From assembly GCA_963697895.1 (NCBI GenBank), contig OY969100.1, forward strand, positions 1,888,001-1,952,000: DNA of 64,000 bases, written 5' to 3'. How positions within the stretch are numbered: position 1 is the first letter of the stretch; the number at the start of each line of letters is the position of its first letter. The translations under genes were made by a program, and so were the position numbers. This document shows, in pieces, positions 1-10,224 of this stretch. This stretch comes from an uncultured Methanomicrobiales archaeon (lineage in GTDB: Archaea; Halobacteriota; Methanomicrobia; Methanomicrobiales; Methanospirillaceae). The notes beneath the pieces are model-generated. The model was given only the letters and a program-made list of their open reading frames with translations. It made no database searches and was not told where the DNA came from.

Positions 1-423
1 GGGGTGCAGCCGGATGACCGGGTGCTGGAGATCGGCACCGGAAGCGGATACCAGGCAGCCATACTTGCCCGTCTCGCGCACGAGGTCGTCTCCCTGGAAC
101 GGATTCCCGAGGTGGCGGAACAGGCGAGAAAGAACCTATCGGCACTCGGTATCACCCAAGTAGCGGTGATCGTGGGGGACGGTACCGAAGGATATCCTTC
201 CCGGGCTCCCTACGATGCGATCATCATCACCGCATCGACCCCGGAGATCCCGGCACCGCTCATCGATCAGCTGGCAGACGGTGGCCGGCTGATAGCGCCG
301 GTCGGGGGGAGGGATCTGCAGGAGCTGGTCAAACTGGTTCGCCACGGGGACCGGATCGAGCGGCTCTCCTACGGGGGCGTGGTATTTGTGCCCCTCATCG
401 GACGTCATGGCTGGCAGGAATAA
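1..423 (+). CDS. pcm: Protein-L-isoaspartate O-methyltransferase (5'-truncated by window edge)
   Basis: VLEIGTGSGYQAA SAM motif, APYDAII, QLADGGRLIAPVG, C-terminal FVPLIG. Confidence 0.93.
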   Translation, partial: GVQPDDRVLEIGTGSGYQAAILARLAHEVVSLERIPEVAEQARKNLSALGITQVAVIVGDGTEGYPSRAPYDAIIITASTPEIPAPLIDQLADGGRLIAPVGGRDLQELVKLVRHGDRIERLSYGGVVFVPLIGRHGWQE

Positions 424-537
424 AACCGGAGTTCTTTTTCTGACCGGATCCCGGGGCAGGCACGCCCTGTAATACAGTCTTATCTGCCAGAAAAACAATC
501 ATCGTATTATGCCGGAACAGGGGATTTGGGCATACCC

Positions 538-1173
538 ATGAGAATATATGACGTGACGAGGCCATTGAGCCCCGGGACCCTCGTGTACCCGGGAGATGTG
601 ACACCTGTCTTCACCCGGAGAGACCACGGATCCTATCTCACCACAGAATTGTTCCTGTCCAGCCACAGCGGCACCCACATCGATGCGCCCGGCCATTTCC
701 TGAAGAAAGGTATGACCGTGGACCGGATCCCTCTCGGGAAGCTGACCGGACCCTGCCGGGTGCTGGATTTTACGGGGATAACCGGGGAGATCGGGCCCGA
801 AATGCTGGAGGGCAGGATAGACGGTGCCAGAAAGATCCTCCTGAAGACCTCGTTCTCCGGAATGGATCGGTTCGTGCCGGAATTTACGGCGCTATCGCCG
901 GGGGCCGTCCCTCTCCTGGCAGAGGCGGGAATTCACTGCGTGGGGATCGATTCCCCCTCGATCGAATCTTTTACCGGTGACGGGCGGGTGCATCGCAGCC
1001 TTATGGGAGAGGGGATCGTGATCATCGAGATGCTCGACCTCTCCCGGGTTGTCCCCGGAAATTACCTGATGGTTGCCCTGCCGCTCCTTCTCCGGGGGGT
1101 GGACGCATCACCGGCCCGCGTGATCCTCTGTGATGCGGATAATTTCAGGAGTATGCATGGACCTGATCGTTGA
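538..1173 (+). CDS. Cyclase / kynurenine formamidase-like metal-dependent hydrolase
   Basis: HSGTHIDAPGHF motif, VGIDSPS, DASPARVI; ATG at 538 preferred (MRIYDVT). Confidence 0.88.
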   Translation: MRIYDVTRPLSPGTLVYPGDVTPVFTRRDHGSYLTTELFLSSHSGTHIDAPGHFLKKGMTVDRIPLGKLTGPCRVLDFTGITGEIGPEMLEGRIDGARKILLKTSFSGMDRFVPEFTALSPGAVPLLAEAGIHCVGIDSPSIESFTGDGRVHRSLMGEGIVIIEMLDLSRVVPGNYLMVALPLLLRGVDASPARVILCDADNFRSMHGPDR

Positions 1174-1789
1174 AGCGGTGAACCGGCTCGAGGAACAGCT
1201 GCGGGAAAGCGGATGCGAGGACGGGGTCGTCCGGATCGACCTCGACCCCGATGTAGTGCTCTGCCAGTATGAGAAGGGGGGAGATATGGTTGCCTCGTTT
1301 GGGGGGCGATCTGCAGAATTCGTCACGTACGATCCGGTCCGTGCAACAACCCGGATCTCGTTCCTCTATGGAGCACGCCTCGAAAAGACAGCCCAGAGAG
1401 CGGCCGCGGGTGCCATCATCAACGTGGTGACCGGATTTCTCTGTATCTCGAGAAAACTGCGAGCCTGTTCTCCGGAACGACATGCGGCATGCCGGAGCGA
1501 ACTGGCAGGATACTGTCGCGGAAAGCGGGTCGGTACCATCGGCCGGGTGTACGGGCTGGAGATGATACCCGGGATAGAACGGACAGAAGATCCGGGAAGT
1601 GCCGACCTGATCCTGGTTACCGGGGAAGGGTTGATCTCGCCGGAAGGGGGACGTTTATTGGTTTCGTATGGGGAAGAGAAGCCGATGCTGTTTCTTTCGC
1701 CGTCCACGGCCGGGGTCGCGAACCTGCTCGGCTGCGATCACTGGTGCCCGTACGGCGGGATGAACAAGACAGTTTCTGCGGAGAGATGA
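1157..1789 (+). CDS. Conserved hypothetical protein, Cys-containing (possibly DUF364-like)
   Basis: ORF overlaps both neighbours in operon fashion; C-terminal Rossmann-like ADLILVTG..LFLSPS..CDHWCPYG. Confidence 0.65.
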   Translation: MDLIVEAVNRLEEQLRESGCEDGVVRIDLDPDVVLCQYEKGGDMVASFGGRSAEFVTYDPVRATTRISFLYGARLEKTAQRAAAGAIINVVTGFLCISRKLRACSPERHAACRSELAGYCRGKRVGTIGRVYGLEMIPGIERTEDPGSADLILVTGEGLISPEGGRLLVSYGEEKPMLFLSPSTAGVANLLGCDHWCPYGGMNKTVSAER

Positions 1790-3057
1790 TGGCCGGACTG
1801 TTCGGGTCGTCCGGGGTGAGACGTCCGTTCGATCGGGCTCTCGTGGATCTTGCCCTTCAGATCGGCTCCGCCGTCGGCAGCCGGGCTGAACAGGTACTGG
1901 TCGGCATTGACACCCGGACGACGAGTCCGCTCATCGCGGATGCGTTCACCAGCGGAGTCCTCGGATCCGGGGGGATGGTCGGATATGCCGGAATGGTACC
2001 GACACCGGTGATTGCTTACAACACACGGACGGTGGATGCCGGGTGCATAATCACCGCATCGCATAATCCGGAACCGGATAACGGGTTGAAGTTGTTCAAC
2101 CGGGATGGTTCTTCCTTCACGCGGGAACAACAGAATGACCTTGGGGAGAGATTCCAGAAGGTGGCATGGAAGGGCTGGGAGAATCAGGGCTCAATCCGGC
2201 GATTCGATGCGGTCAGCGGGTACAAAGATGCGATTCTCGAACGGTTTTCCAGTGGCGGCGGGTTCCCCGTCGTGATCGATGCGGGGAACGGCGCAGGCAG
2301 CCTCCTGACACCGGGGCTCCTTGCGGATATGGGAGTGACTCCGGTCAGTATCAACTGCACACCAATGGGACACTTCTCGCGCCCTTCAGAACCCCTCGAG
2401 AAGAACCTCACCTATATCAGAGGTCTGATCAAGAAAACCGGTGCGAGGGGGGCGGTAGTCCATGACGGGGATGCCGATCGGATGATGTCATTTGACCGCC
2501 TCGGGAGATACATTTCAGGAGACCGTCTCCTGATGCTCTTCGCCCGGTATCTCGGGGCGCAGAAAGTGGTGACCACCGTGGATACGACGATGGCGATCGA
2601 GGAACTCGCCGAAGTGAGAAGAACGCCGGTCGGGGATAGTTATGTATCCGAAGCGCTGCTTGAATGGGGGGATTTCGGGGGAGAACCATCAGGGGCATGG
2701 ATCTTCCCCAACCATTCATTATGCCCGGACGGACCCTATGCGGCTGCGCTCTTCTGCGAAATCGCCAAAGAATGGGATATCCCTGCAGAACTGGATGCGA
2801 TGCCCAATTATCCGGTGATACGGGAATCGCTTTCGATGGAACAGCCCGGGAAGATCCTGTCTGCGCTCGGGGCCGCGAAACCGACCGACGGGATCCGGAT
2901 CACCGCCGACGACGGATGGTGCCTGGTTCGGGCAAGTGGGACGGAGCAAAAGATACGCATCACCGCCGAGGGCACTACGATGAAAAAGGCGAAGGAACTG
3001 TTCGAAACCGGGGAAGACCTTATCAGGAAGGGAAAATTGCTTATAGGCAGGGATTAA
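1786..3057 (+). CDS. glmM: Phosphoglucosamine mutase / phosphohexomutase
   Basis: LFGSSGVR, ITASHNP phosphoserine motif, DGDADR metal loop, GGEPSG, RASGTE; upstream of glmU/glmS. Confidence 0.9.
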   Translation: MMAGLFGSSGVRRPFDRALVDLALQIGSAVGSRAEQVLVGIDTRTTSPLIADAFTSGVLGSGGMVGYAGMVPTPVIAYNTRTVDAGCIITASHNPEPDNGLKLFNRDGSSFTREQQNDLGERFQKVAWKGWENQGSIRRFDAVSGYKDAILERFSSGGGFPVVIDAGNGAGSLLTPGLLADMGVTPVSINCTPMGHFSRPSEPLEKNLTYIRGLIKKTGARGAVVHDGDADRMMSFDRLGRYISGDRLLMLFARYLGAQKVVTTVDTTMAIEELAEVRRTPVGDSYVSEALLEWGDFGGEPSGAWIFPNHSLCPDGPYAAALFCEIAKEWDIPAELDAMPNYPVIRESLSMEQPGKILSALGAAKPTDGIRITADDGWCLVRASGTEQKIRITAEGTTMKKAKELFETGEDLIRKGKLLIGRD

Positions 3058-3066
3058 GGGTATCTT

Positions 3067-4266
3067 ATGCAGGGTGTGCTCCTCGCGGCGGGGGAAGGAA
3101 AACGGATGAGGCCGTTGACCAGAAACCGGCCCAAGGTGATGCTTCCCGTGGCAAACCGCCCGATGATCGAGCATCTGGTGATCGCGGCCCGGGATGCGGG
3201 AATCCGCGAGATGATATTCGTGGTGGGATATGGAGAGCGGGAGATCCGTCAACATTTTGCCGACGGATCACGGTGGGATGTGAACATTCAATATACGGTG
3301 CAGCGGAACCAGCGCGGCACTGCAGATGCGCTGAATGCAGCCCGGACCCATATACAGGAGAAATTTCTGGTCATGAACGGGGACATGGTCATCGAATCCC
3401 GTGATATCGCCGCGTTATGCAAGTGTGAAGCTCCGTGCATGGGTATTTTCCCCAGCAATCATCCTGAGGATTACGGGGTGGTGGAGGTCGAGGGAGAGAC
3501 AGTGATATCCCTTGAGGAGAAGAAAGACCGGCCGAAGAGCACACTGGTGAATGCAGGAATATATCTCTTTGATCCGGATATCTTTCCGCTGATTGACACG
3601 GTCGTTCCATCGGCACGGGGAGAGCTCGAACTGACCGATGCACTCCGGTTCATGATCCGGGAGAAGCGGCTCTTTGCATACCACCTCGCCTCATGGCTGG
3701 ACATCGGCTCTCCCTGGGACCTGCTGGATGCAAACAAGACGCTTCTTGAGACCATCCCGGTACAGAACGAAGGGGTTGTCGAAGAGGGGGTGGTCATGCA
3801 GGGGATGGTTACAATAGGAGCGGGTACGGTCGTCAAGGCAGGCAGTTACATCGAAGGGCCCTGCATCATCGGAAAAGACTGCCGGATCGGACCACATGCA
3901 TACATACGCGGGGCCACCGCTATCGGCGACCGGTGCCATATCGGTCACAGCACGGAACTGAAGAACTCTATCGTCATGGAAGATACCCGGGTCCCCCATT
4001 TCAACTATATCGGGGACAGTGTGATTGGCAGCAGGTGCAATTTCGGAGCCGGAACCAAGATTGCAAACCTCCGGCACGATCACGGTCCTGTGAATGTAGG
4101 TAGGCGGAGCACGGGAAGAGCGAAGTTCGGGGCGATCGTGGGTGATGATGTGCAGTTCGGGATAAACTGTTCGGTCAACGTGGGGTCCATGATTGGTAAT
4201 AATACCAAAATTTCCCCCCATTCATTGATCGAAGGCGTTATCGAAGACAATTCGCAGATCAGGTAG
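3067..4266 (+). CDS. glmU: Bifunctional sugar-1-phosphate nucleotidyltransferase/acetyltransferase (archaeal GlmU)
   Basis: LAAGEGKRMRPLT..RPK motif plus C-terminal hexapeptide repeats (YIGDSVIG, NFGAGT). Confidence 0.9.
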   Translation: MQGVLLAAGEGKRMRPLTRNRPKVMLPVANRPMIEHLVIAARDAGIREMIFVVGYGEREIRQHFADGSRWDVNIQYTVQRNQRGTADALNAARTHIQEKFLVMNGDMVIESRDIAALCKCEAPCMGIFPSNHPEDYGVVEVEGETVISLEEKKDRPKSTLVNAGIYLFDPDIFPLIDTVVPSARGELELTDALRFMIREKRLFAYHLASWLDIGSPWDLLDANKTLLETIPVQNEGVVEEGVVMQGMVTIGAGTVVKAGSYIEGPCIIGKDCRIGPHAYIRGATAIGDRCHIGHSTELKNSIVMEDTRVPHFNYIGDSVIGSRCNFGAGTKIANLRHDHGPVNVGRRSTGRAKFGAIVGDDVQFGINCSVNVGSMIGNNTKISPHSLIEGVIEDNSQIR

Positions 4267-4274
4267 GAAAAAGC

Positions 4275-5435
4275 ATGCAGGCAGTTATTCTTGCGGCAGG
4301 GGAAGGAAAGCGGGTCCGCCCGCTCACGAGGAGCAGACCGAAAGCGATGATCCCCGTGGCGAACCGGCCCATCCTGGAATACCCGATCGATGCCCTTCTG
4401 AAGAACGGTATCCGCGATATCTGCGTGGTGGTGGGGTACCGGAAGGAACAGGTTCTCCGGTACCTGAATTCCCGCGAAGAATCCTTCGACGTAGTAGTGC
4501 AGGAGAAACAGATCGGTACGGGAAATGCGTTGAAATGCGCAGAACCGTTTATTCATGGTGATTTTCTCGTCCTCCCCGGTGACAGTTATATCGATCCGGT
4601 CTCCATCGGGAGGATGAAGGCCGAACAGAATGCGATGCTGATCGGGAAACATCCTCATCCCTCCGAATTCGGTGTTGTCACGACCAGGGGCGGATTTATC
4701 GAAGATTTCGTGGAAAAGCCGAATGAAGCCCCCAGTTTTATCGTCAATACCGGGGTTTACGCATTTACCAAACAGATATTTGATCTCCAGGAATCGCATC
4801 GCATCACGGATACCATATCCTCCATGCTTTCGGGAGGGGAAAAGATCCGGGCAGTCTGTGCAGAGAAATGGATCGATGCCCTGTACCCGTGGCATCTCCT
4901 CGCCATGAATAAAAGCCTTATCCACGGGGTGACCCCAAAGAAATCCGGGATAATCAGTAGTAGCAGCGACATTCACGGAGATGTCCTCATCGGCAAGGGA
5001 TCACTAATCGGACCCCATACCGTTATTACCGGCCCCGTCGTCATCGGTGAAGACTGCACCATCGGGTCTCATGTGTGTGTCCAGCCGTACATGAGCATCG
5101 GCTCCCGCGTCACCATCGAACCGTTCACCAGTATCGGCAATTCCATTATCATGGATGATACGGTTATCGGATCCCATTCCCGGGTTTCTGACGCGGTCAT
5201 TGGCGAAGGATGCCGCTTGCAGAACAATACGACCACCGTCTCCTGCCGGAATATCATAGAGATTGAAGACAGGATCCTCAGGACGACACCGTTCGGTGCC
5301 GTTATGGGGGATAGTGTGCGTTCCGGGCCGTATTCTATCCTGGAGGGGTGTATTATCGGCAACAGGGTGACGATCGGCCCCCGGAGCCGGATACTCTCAA
5401 CGATGGCGTTTCACGACGATGTACAGGTGATCTGA
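4275..5435 (+). CDS. Second GlmU-like sugar-phosphate nucleotidyltransferase with left-handed beta-helix domain
   Basis: ILAAGEGKRVRPLTRSRPK motif, hexapeptide repeats; paralog of the preceding gene. Confidence 0.85.
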   Translation: MQAVILAAGEGKRVRPLTRSRPKAMIPVANRPILEYPIDALLKNGIRDICVVVGYRKEQVLRYLNSREESFDVVVQEKQIGTGNALKCAEPFIHGDFLVLPGDSYIDPVSIGRMKAEQNAMLIGKHPHPSEFGVVTTRGGFIEDFVEKPNEAPSFIVNTGVYAFTKQIFDLQESHRITDTISSMLSGGEKIRAVCAEKWIDALYPWHLLAMNKSLIHGVTPKKSGIISSSSDIHGDVLIGKGSLIGPHTVITGPVVIGEDCTIGSHVCVQPYMSIGSRVTIEPFTSIGNSIIMDDTVIGSHSRVSDAVIGEGCRLQNNTTTVSCRNIIEIEDRILRTTPFGAVMGDSVRSGPYSILEGCIIGNRVTIGPRSRILSTMAFHDDVQVI

Positions 5436-5436
5436 C

Positions 5437-7176
5437 GTGTGCGGGATCGTCGGGTACATCGGTACCCGGCAGGCTGCCCCGGTTATCATCGACGGGCTGA
5501 CGAAACTCGAATACCGGGGGTATGATTCGTTCGGTATCGCGACCCTGAACGGAAAGATCCGTTTCGTAAAACGGCAGGGCAGGATCACCGAAGAATGTTC
5601 GATGGCTGCCGAAATGACGGGTCGTATCGGGATTGGGCATACCCGCTGGGCAACCCATGGGGTTCCGAACGAAATCAATGCGCACCCACATCTCGACTGC
5701 CGGGACATGATCGCGATCGTCCACAACGGAATCGTTGAGAATTATGCAGAACTGAAACGGGAACTCGTGGCCCGGGGGCACCAGTTCCGCTCGGATACCG
5801 ATACCGAGGTGGTGGTCCACCTGATAGAAGAAAAATATCAGGAGGGCCTGTTCTTAGCGGTGAAATATGCGGTATCCCGTCTCAGCGGTTCATATGCACT
5901 GCTCGTCATCGCACAGGACGAAGATCGGATCATCGCAGCCCGGCAGCAAAGCCCCCTTGTCATCGGCATAGGGGATGGAGAGTTCATCGCGGCCTCAGAT
6001 ATCACCCCCATCCTTGCATATACCGAACGGGCGATCTTTCTCGAAGATGAGGATATCGCGTGTATATCGCCGCGGAGGCTTGAGATTTATCACGCGGGGG
6101 AGACGGTCGAGCGGAAGGTCGAGCTGATAGACTGGTCGGTCGAGGACGTGAAAAAAGGCGGATTCCGCCATTTCATGCTGAAGGAGATCTTCGAGGAACC
6201 GCTGGTATTCTCCAATACGATCCGTTCACTCAGGCAACAGCCGCTTCCGGAGGTTCTCGAGCACCCGGAACAGATCACGGTGGTCGCATGCGGGACGTCC
6301 TACCATGCCGGCCTTCTCTTCAAGTATCTCCTCGAGGAGTCGTGCCGGATCCCTGTCCGGCTTGAATATGCGTCTGAATTCAAATACTTCCCTCCGCCGC
6401 CAGGGGGGCTTGTCGTCGGCATAACGCAGTCGGGTGAGACCGCCGATACGATCGCTGCATTAAAGGAGGCAAAGGCACATGGCAGCTTTACCTGTGCGAT
6501 AACCAATGTGCTCGGGAGCACGGTGACCCGGCTCGCCGATCATACGCTGTATATGCATGCAGGACCGGAGATCAGCGTTGCAGCGACCAAATCCTATATC
6601 GCCCAGCTGGCTGTCCTCATGCAGCTGGGGAGCTCCATCTGCGGGGGTACGTCCGACGAAATTCTCAACGCCGGCAAACATGCGATCGAGGAAGTCCTCC
6701 TCCTCGACCTGGATAAAGCAGTCAAAGCTTGCGTTCCTGCCCGGGATATGTTCTACGTCGGAAGGGGTCCGTTCTATCCCGTCGTACTGGAAGGGGCGCT
6801 CAAGATGAAGGAGATCTCGTATATCCATGCTGAAGGCTATGCGGCCGGGGAGATCAAACACGGCCCGTTCGCCCTTCTCTCCACGGAAACCCCCATCGTT
6901 GCCATCTGCACCCCCGGCCGGACATACGGGGTGATGCTCTCCAATATCAAGGAGATGATGGCCCGGGGCACCCCTATCATTGCACTCGGCCGGCATGGAG
7001 ACCCGGAGCTGGAGGAGATGGTTGATGTGTTCCTTCCTCTTCCCCCGGCTGAGCCGGTCATCGATATTCTCACGAGTGCGGTCGTCCTCCAGCTGCTTGC
7101 CTATCATACGGCGGACGCCCTCGGGAGAGATATCGACCGGCCGCGGAACCTGGCGAAGAGCGTGACGGTGGAGTGA
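5437..7176 (+). CDS. glmS: Glutamine--fructose-6-phosphate aminotransferase (isomerizing)
   Basis: N-terminal MCGIVG, GHTRWATHG, SIS domains, C-terminal PRNLAKSVTVE. Confidence 0.97.
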   Translation: MCGIVGYIGTRQAAPVIIDGLTKLEYRGYDSFGIATLNGKIRFVKRQGRITEECSMAAEMTGRIGIGHTRWATHGVPNEINAHPHLDCRDMIAIVHNGIVENYAELKRELVARGHQFRSDTDTEVVVHLIEEKYQEGLFLAVKYAVSRLSGSYALLVIAQDEDRIIAARQQSPLVIGIGDGEFIAASDITPILAYTERAIFLEDEDIACISPRRLEIYHAGETVERKVELIDWSVEDVKKGGFRHFMLKEIFEEPLVFSNTIRSLRQQPLPEVLEHPEQITVVACGTSYHAGLLFKYLLEESCRIPVRLEYASEFKYFPPPPGGLVVGITQSGETADTIAALKEAKAHGSFTCAITNVLGSTVTRLADHTLYMHAGPEISVAATKSYIAQLAVLMQLGSSICGGTSDEILNAGKHAIEEVLLLDLDKAVKACVPARDMFYVGRGPFYPVVLEGALKMKEISYIHAEGYAAGEIKHGPFALLSTETPIVAICTPGRTYGVMLSNIKEMMARGTPIIALGRHGDPELEEMVDVFLPLPPAEPVIDILTSAVVLQLLAYHTADALGRDIDRPRNLAKSVTVE

Positions 7177-7251
7177 ATATGAAGGCCGATTATGGTGTTT
7201 TTCCGGATCAGAACTGAACGCCACCTCAGAAAGGAAATCAGAGTGCATTAG

Positions 7252-8097
7252 ATGAATATCTCCGTGATCATCAGCAGTTACCGGGGAAATGAAGCGCTGG
7301 CCCGGAATTGTGTTGCCTCCCTCGAGATCCAGACCCACCTTCCTTATGAGGTGCTCCTCGTCGTAGACACACCTGATGAACGGAATACATTTTCACGGAT
7401 ATTTACCGGAAATAGAAAGATTCTGCTGAAAGCCATCTCATCCGGGAAGAAAGGGCTTGCTACGGCGAGAAATTATGGGGTTGAGGCAAGTTCGGGCGAG
7501 ATCGTCGCGTTCATCGATGACGATGCGACCGCAGGCCCCCAATGGCTTTCTGAGATTGAAAAGAGTTTTTTAGCGAATCCAGGTGCCGCAGTGGTCGGCG
7601 GTCCGGTAAAACCAGTTTTTGAAGGAAAACCTATTAATGAAAAATGGAATTGGATCATCGGGTGCACAAGCCGACGACCATTAACTGAACGTCCGATTGG
7701 ATGCAATATGGCCGTCTCCCGGAGTGTATTTGAGACAATAGATGGATTTGACGAAACGCTCGGAAGGGTAAAAAAGCAGCTGGCTATCGGTGAGGAAACT
7801 GATCTCTTCCTCCGGATACAGGAAAAAATGCCCGGTTCTCAAATCATCTGCAACCCATCTTCTGTGGTCTTCCATAAGGTGCCCGAGCGACGGACGACCC
7901 TTCGATACATGATGAGGAGGGCATACCAGGAAGGGATGGGAAAAGCAATGATGGGAAAGAAGCATTCATTGAGCACGGAAAAGACATTTTTACGGTATTA
8001 TATGACTCATCCGGATTGGTATACGGTGCCAGTGCTTGGTGCGACGGGCTTTGGGTTTTTAAGGAGTAAACTTGCTTTTATAAGATGGAATTATTAA
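7252..8097 (+). CDS. Glycosyltransferase family 2 (AglG-like)
   Basis: ISVIISSY, ARNYG, AFIDDDA DxD motif, GCNMA, GEETD. Confidence 0.88.
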   Translation: MNISVIISSYRGNEALARNCVASLEIQTHLPYEVLLVVDTPDERNTFSRIFTGNRKILLKAISSGKKGLATARNYGVEASSGEIVAFIDDDATAGPQWLSEIEKSFLANPGAAVVGGPVKPVFEGKPINEKWNWIIGCTSRRPLTERPIGCNMAVSRSVFETIDGFDETLGRVKKQLAIGEETDLFLRIQEKMPGSQIICNPSSVVFHKVPERRTTLRYMMRRAYQEGMGKAMMGKKHSLSTEKTFLRYYMTHPDWYTVPVLGATGFGFLRSKLAFIRWNY

Positions 8098-8115
8098 TAA
8101 CATAATGAATTAGGC

Positions 8116-9192
8116 ATGAGAATAATCCAGGTCTGCCATCGATATCATCCACATGTTGGGGGTATTGAAACCCATGTAAAAGAGATTAGCGAGAGGCTCG
8201 CAAAATATAATCTAGTGGAAGTTGTTTGTGCTGATCTAAACAAGGATTTGCCAAAAAAAGAAAAGATCAATGGGGTGCAGGTGACCAGATTTCGATCTTT
8301 TCATCCATACGATGCGTATTATTTCTCCCCCCAAATGGGGATGTACCTGCAAGAGGCGGAATCAGATTTAATCCACGCTCACAACTACCACGCATTTCCA
8401 GCTTTTTTTGCATCGAAGGTCAATGGGCCGAAGTTTGTGTTCACTCCTCACTTTCATGGGATCGGAAGCACCTTCTGGAGAAATCTTCTCCACAAACCTT
8501 ACAGGATTTTCGGCGCAGGGATCGTTCAGAGGGCAGATTGGGTCATCTGCGTTTCGGAATATGAGAAAGGCCAGATAACCGGTTATTTTCCCTCCCTTGA
8601 TAAAGGGAAAATATCAGTAATCCCGAACGGCATCGATCTCAATAAGATACGTCAAGCCAGGCCATTTTCTCGTAGTCGACCACTCATCTTGTATATCGGA
8701 AGAATGGACCGGTACAAAAATGTGCATTTGGTAGTCGAGGCGATGGGGTATCTTCCTGACATTGATTTTTATATCGTTGGAAGAAATGGTGATTATCGGA
8801 AAGAAATCGAGTCGAAAATATCCCGTTTACATCTCGAAGATCGGGTTAGGATTCTGGATATGATATCGAATGAAGAAAAATACCGATGGTTGAAATCATG
8901 TTCTCTTCTTATTAACTTATCATCAATCGAAGCTTTCGGGATAACTGTTCTCGAGGCACTAGCTGCGGGAAAGCCTGTAATAATTAACAATGTGGGGGGG
9001 TTGAAAGAGCTTGCGGAGAACTTCAAAGCCGTATATCCTATAATGGTTAAACCTAATGGAGGAAGTGGATTGATCATGGATTTGGTTAGCGCGATTAAGG
9101 AAAATATGGATAGGGCGGTGAAGGATGATTTGTGTGACTTCGATTGGGAGATTGTAGTCCAAAGGATTGCTAATGCATACGAAAAAGCATAG
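8116..9192 (+). CDS. Glycosyltransferase family 4
   Basis: GGIETHV, YIGRMDRYKN, EAFGITVLEALAAGKPV (E-x7-E). Confidence 0.9.
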   Translation: MRIIQVCHRYHPHVGGIETHVKEISERLAKYNLVEVVCADLNKDLPKKEKINGVQVTRFRSFHPYDAYYFSPQMGMYLQEAESDLIHAHNYHAFPAFFASKVNGPKFVFTPHFHGIGSTFWRNLLHKPYRIFGAGIVQRADWVICVSEYEKGQITGYFPSLDKGKISVIPNGIDLNKIRQARPFSRSRPLILYIGRMDRYKNVHLVVEAMGYLPDIDFYIVGRNGDYRKEIESKISRLHLEDRVRILDMISNEEKYRWLKSCSLLINLSSIEAFGITVLEALAAGKPVIINNVGGLKELAENFKAVYPIMVKPNGGSGLIMDLVSAIKENMDRAVKDDLCDFDWEIVVQRIANAYEKA

Positions 9193-9313
9193 GCAGTCAT
9201 ATTGATTTATGGCAAACATGCCTTAAAATCTCCATCCTTAAAATATCTCTAAACCTAATCAATGCTTTCTGAGAGAATATCAGACTAATTTTAGAGAATG
9301 AATCTTTCTATTT

Positions 9314-9989
9314 TTACCCATAGGCATGGAAAACCATTTGTTTTCGTGTCTCCCACTCAATCTGAAATTCATAATTGTCTTTTAAATAGTTTATTAAACC
9401 GTACTTATCTTTTGTTTTATAATCATGTAATTCCCCTTCTATCCTTCGAACACCATCAAGCCATTGGGGATTAATGTACCACTCACCCCCTTCACAATCC
9501 AATTTTAAGAAATCACATCCCCCACACATTTCTTTTATAGATTCAAATGTAACCGTTCTCATAAATTTCCGAGTTTTATGCCATATTATTGTAGTCTCTC
9601 CGCCATCCCCGAGAGCGAATGGGAATATCGTAATTTTGGCTCCGTTATTTGTTATATTCTTCATAAGACTTTTAATTTCAATTGGTTCTATTGCATAAAC
9701 ATTGTTTGACATGCGTGAAGCTGAATAGAGAAAAAGCTCCAGCATTGGCTCCTATATCGATTACGATGTCTTCATTGTGCATTCCTGAAATGTCATAATC
9801 AAAAGCGTCAATAAAGTCCAATAAATTTTCGTCGTTTTCAACGATAATGTTTGATTGGAATACCTTCATTAATTTCTCTCTTTCGATACAAACAGAGTAA
9901 CTTTGGGATTGATTTATAAAACACATGAGATAATTTTTAAATGATGCAGGGAATTCATCAATTATTGGCTTCACTATTTGTCTTAGCAT
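9314..9989 (-). pseudogene. FkbM-family SAM methyltransferase, split by a 1-nt frameshift near 9724 (pseudogene or sequencing error)
   Basis: ORF 9678-9989 has IDIGANAGAF; ORF 9314-9745 continues VYAIEP...FLKLDCEGGE; removing one T joins them. Confidence 0.8.
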
Positions 9990-10224
9990 AAACAGATATT
10001 CCAGCTTATTTTATAATGGACTTCCTTTATGGTTTTTAAAATCAGTTTCTTACAAAAATTTGAATTTTCTTTATAAGGTCCATAAGGCTTAGTGATATCC
10101 ACGTAAAATTTCCAAAGGAAGAGTAAATATTGAAATAAAACAAAGTTCATCAAAAATAAATAAATGCCAGAGTTGAAGAAACAGAGATCCAATAAGAAAA
10201 AGAATAAAGAGAGGGAACATACGC

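Noticed and set aside
3067-5435. Tandem GlmU-like paralogs as a recent duplication
   Set aside because: The two are diverged, and the pair beside glmS/glmM is a familiar euryarchaeal arrangement
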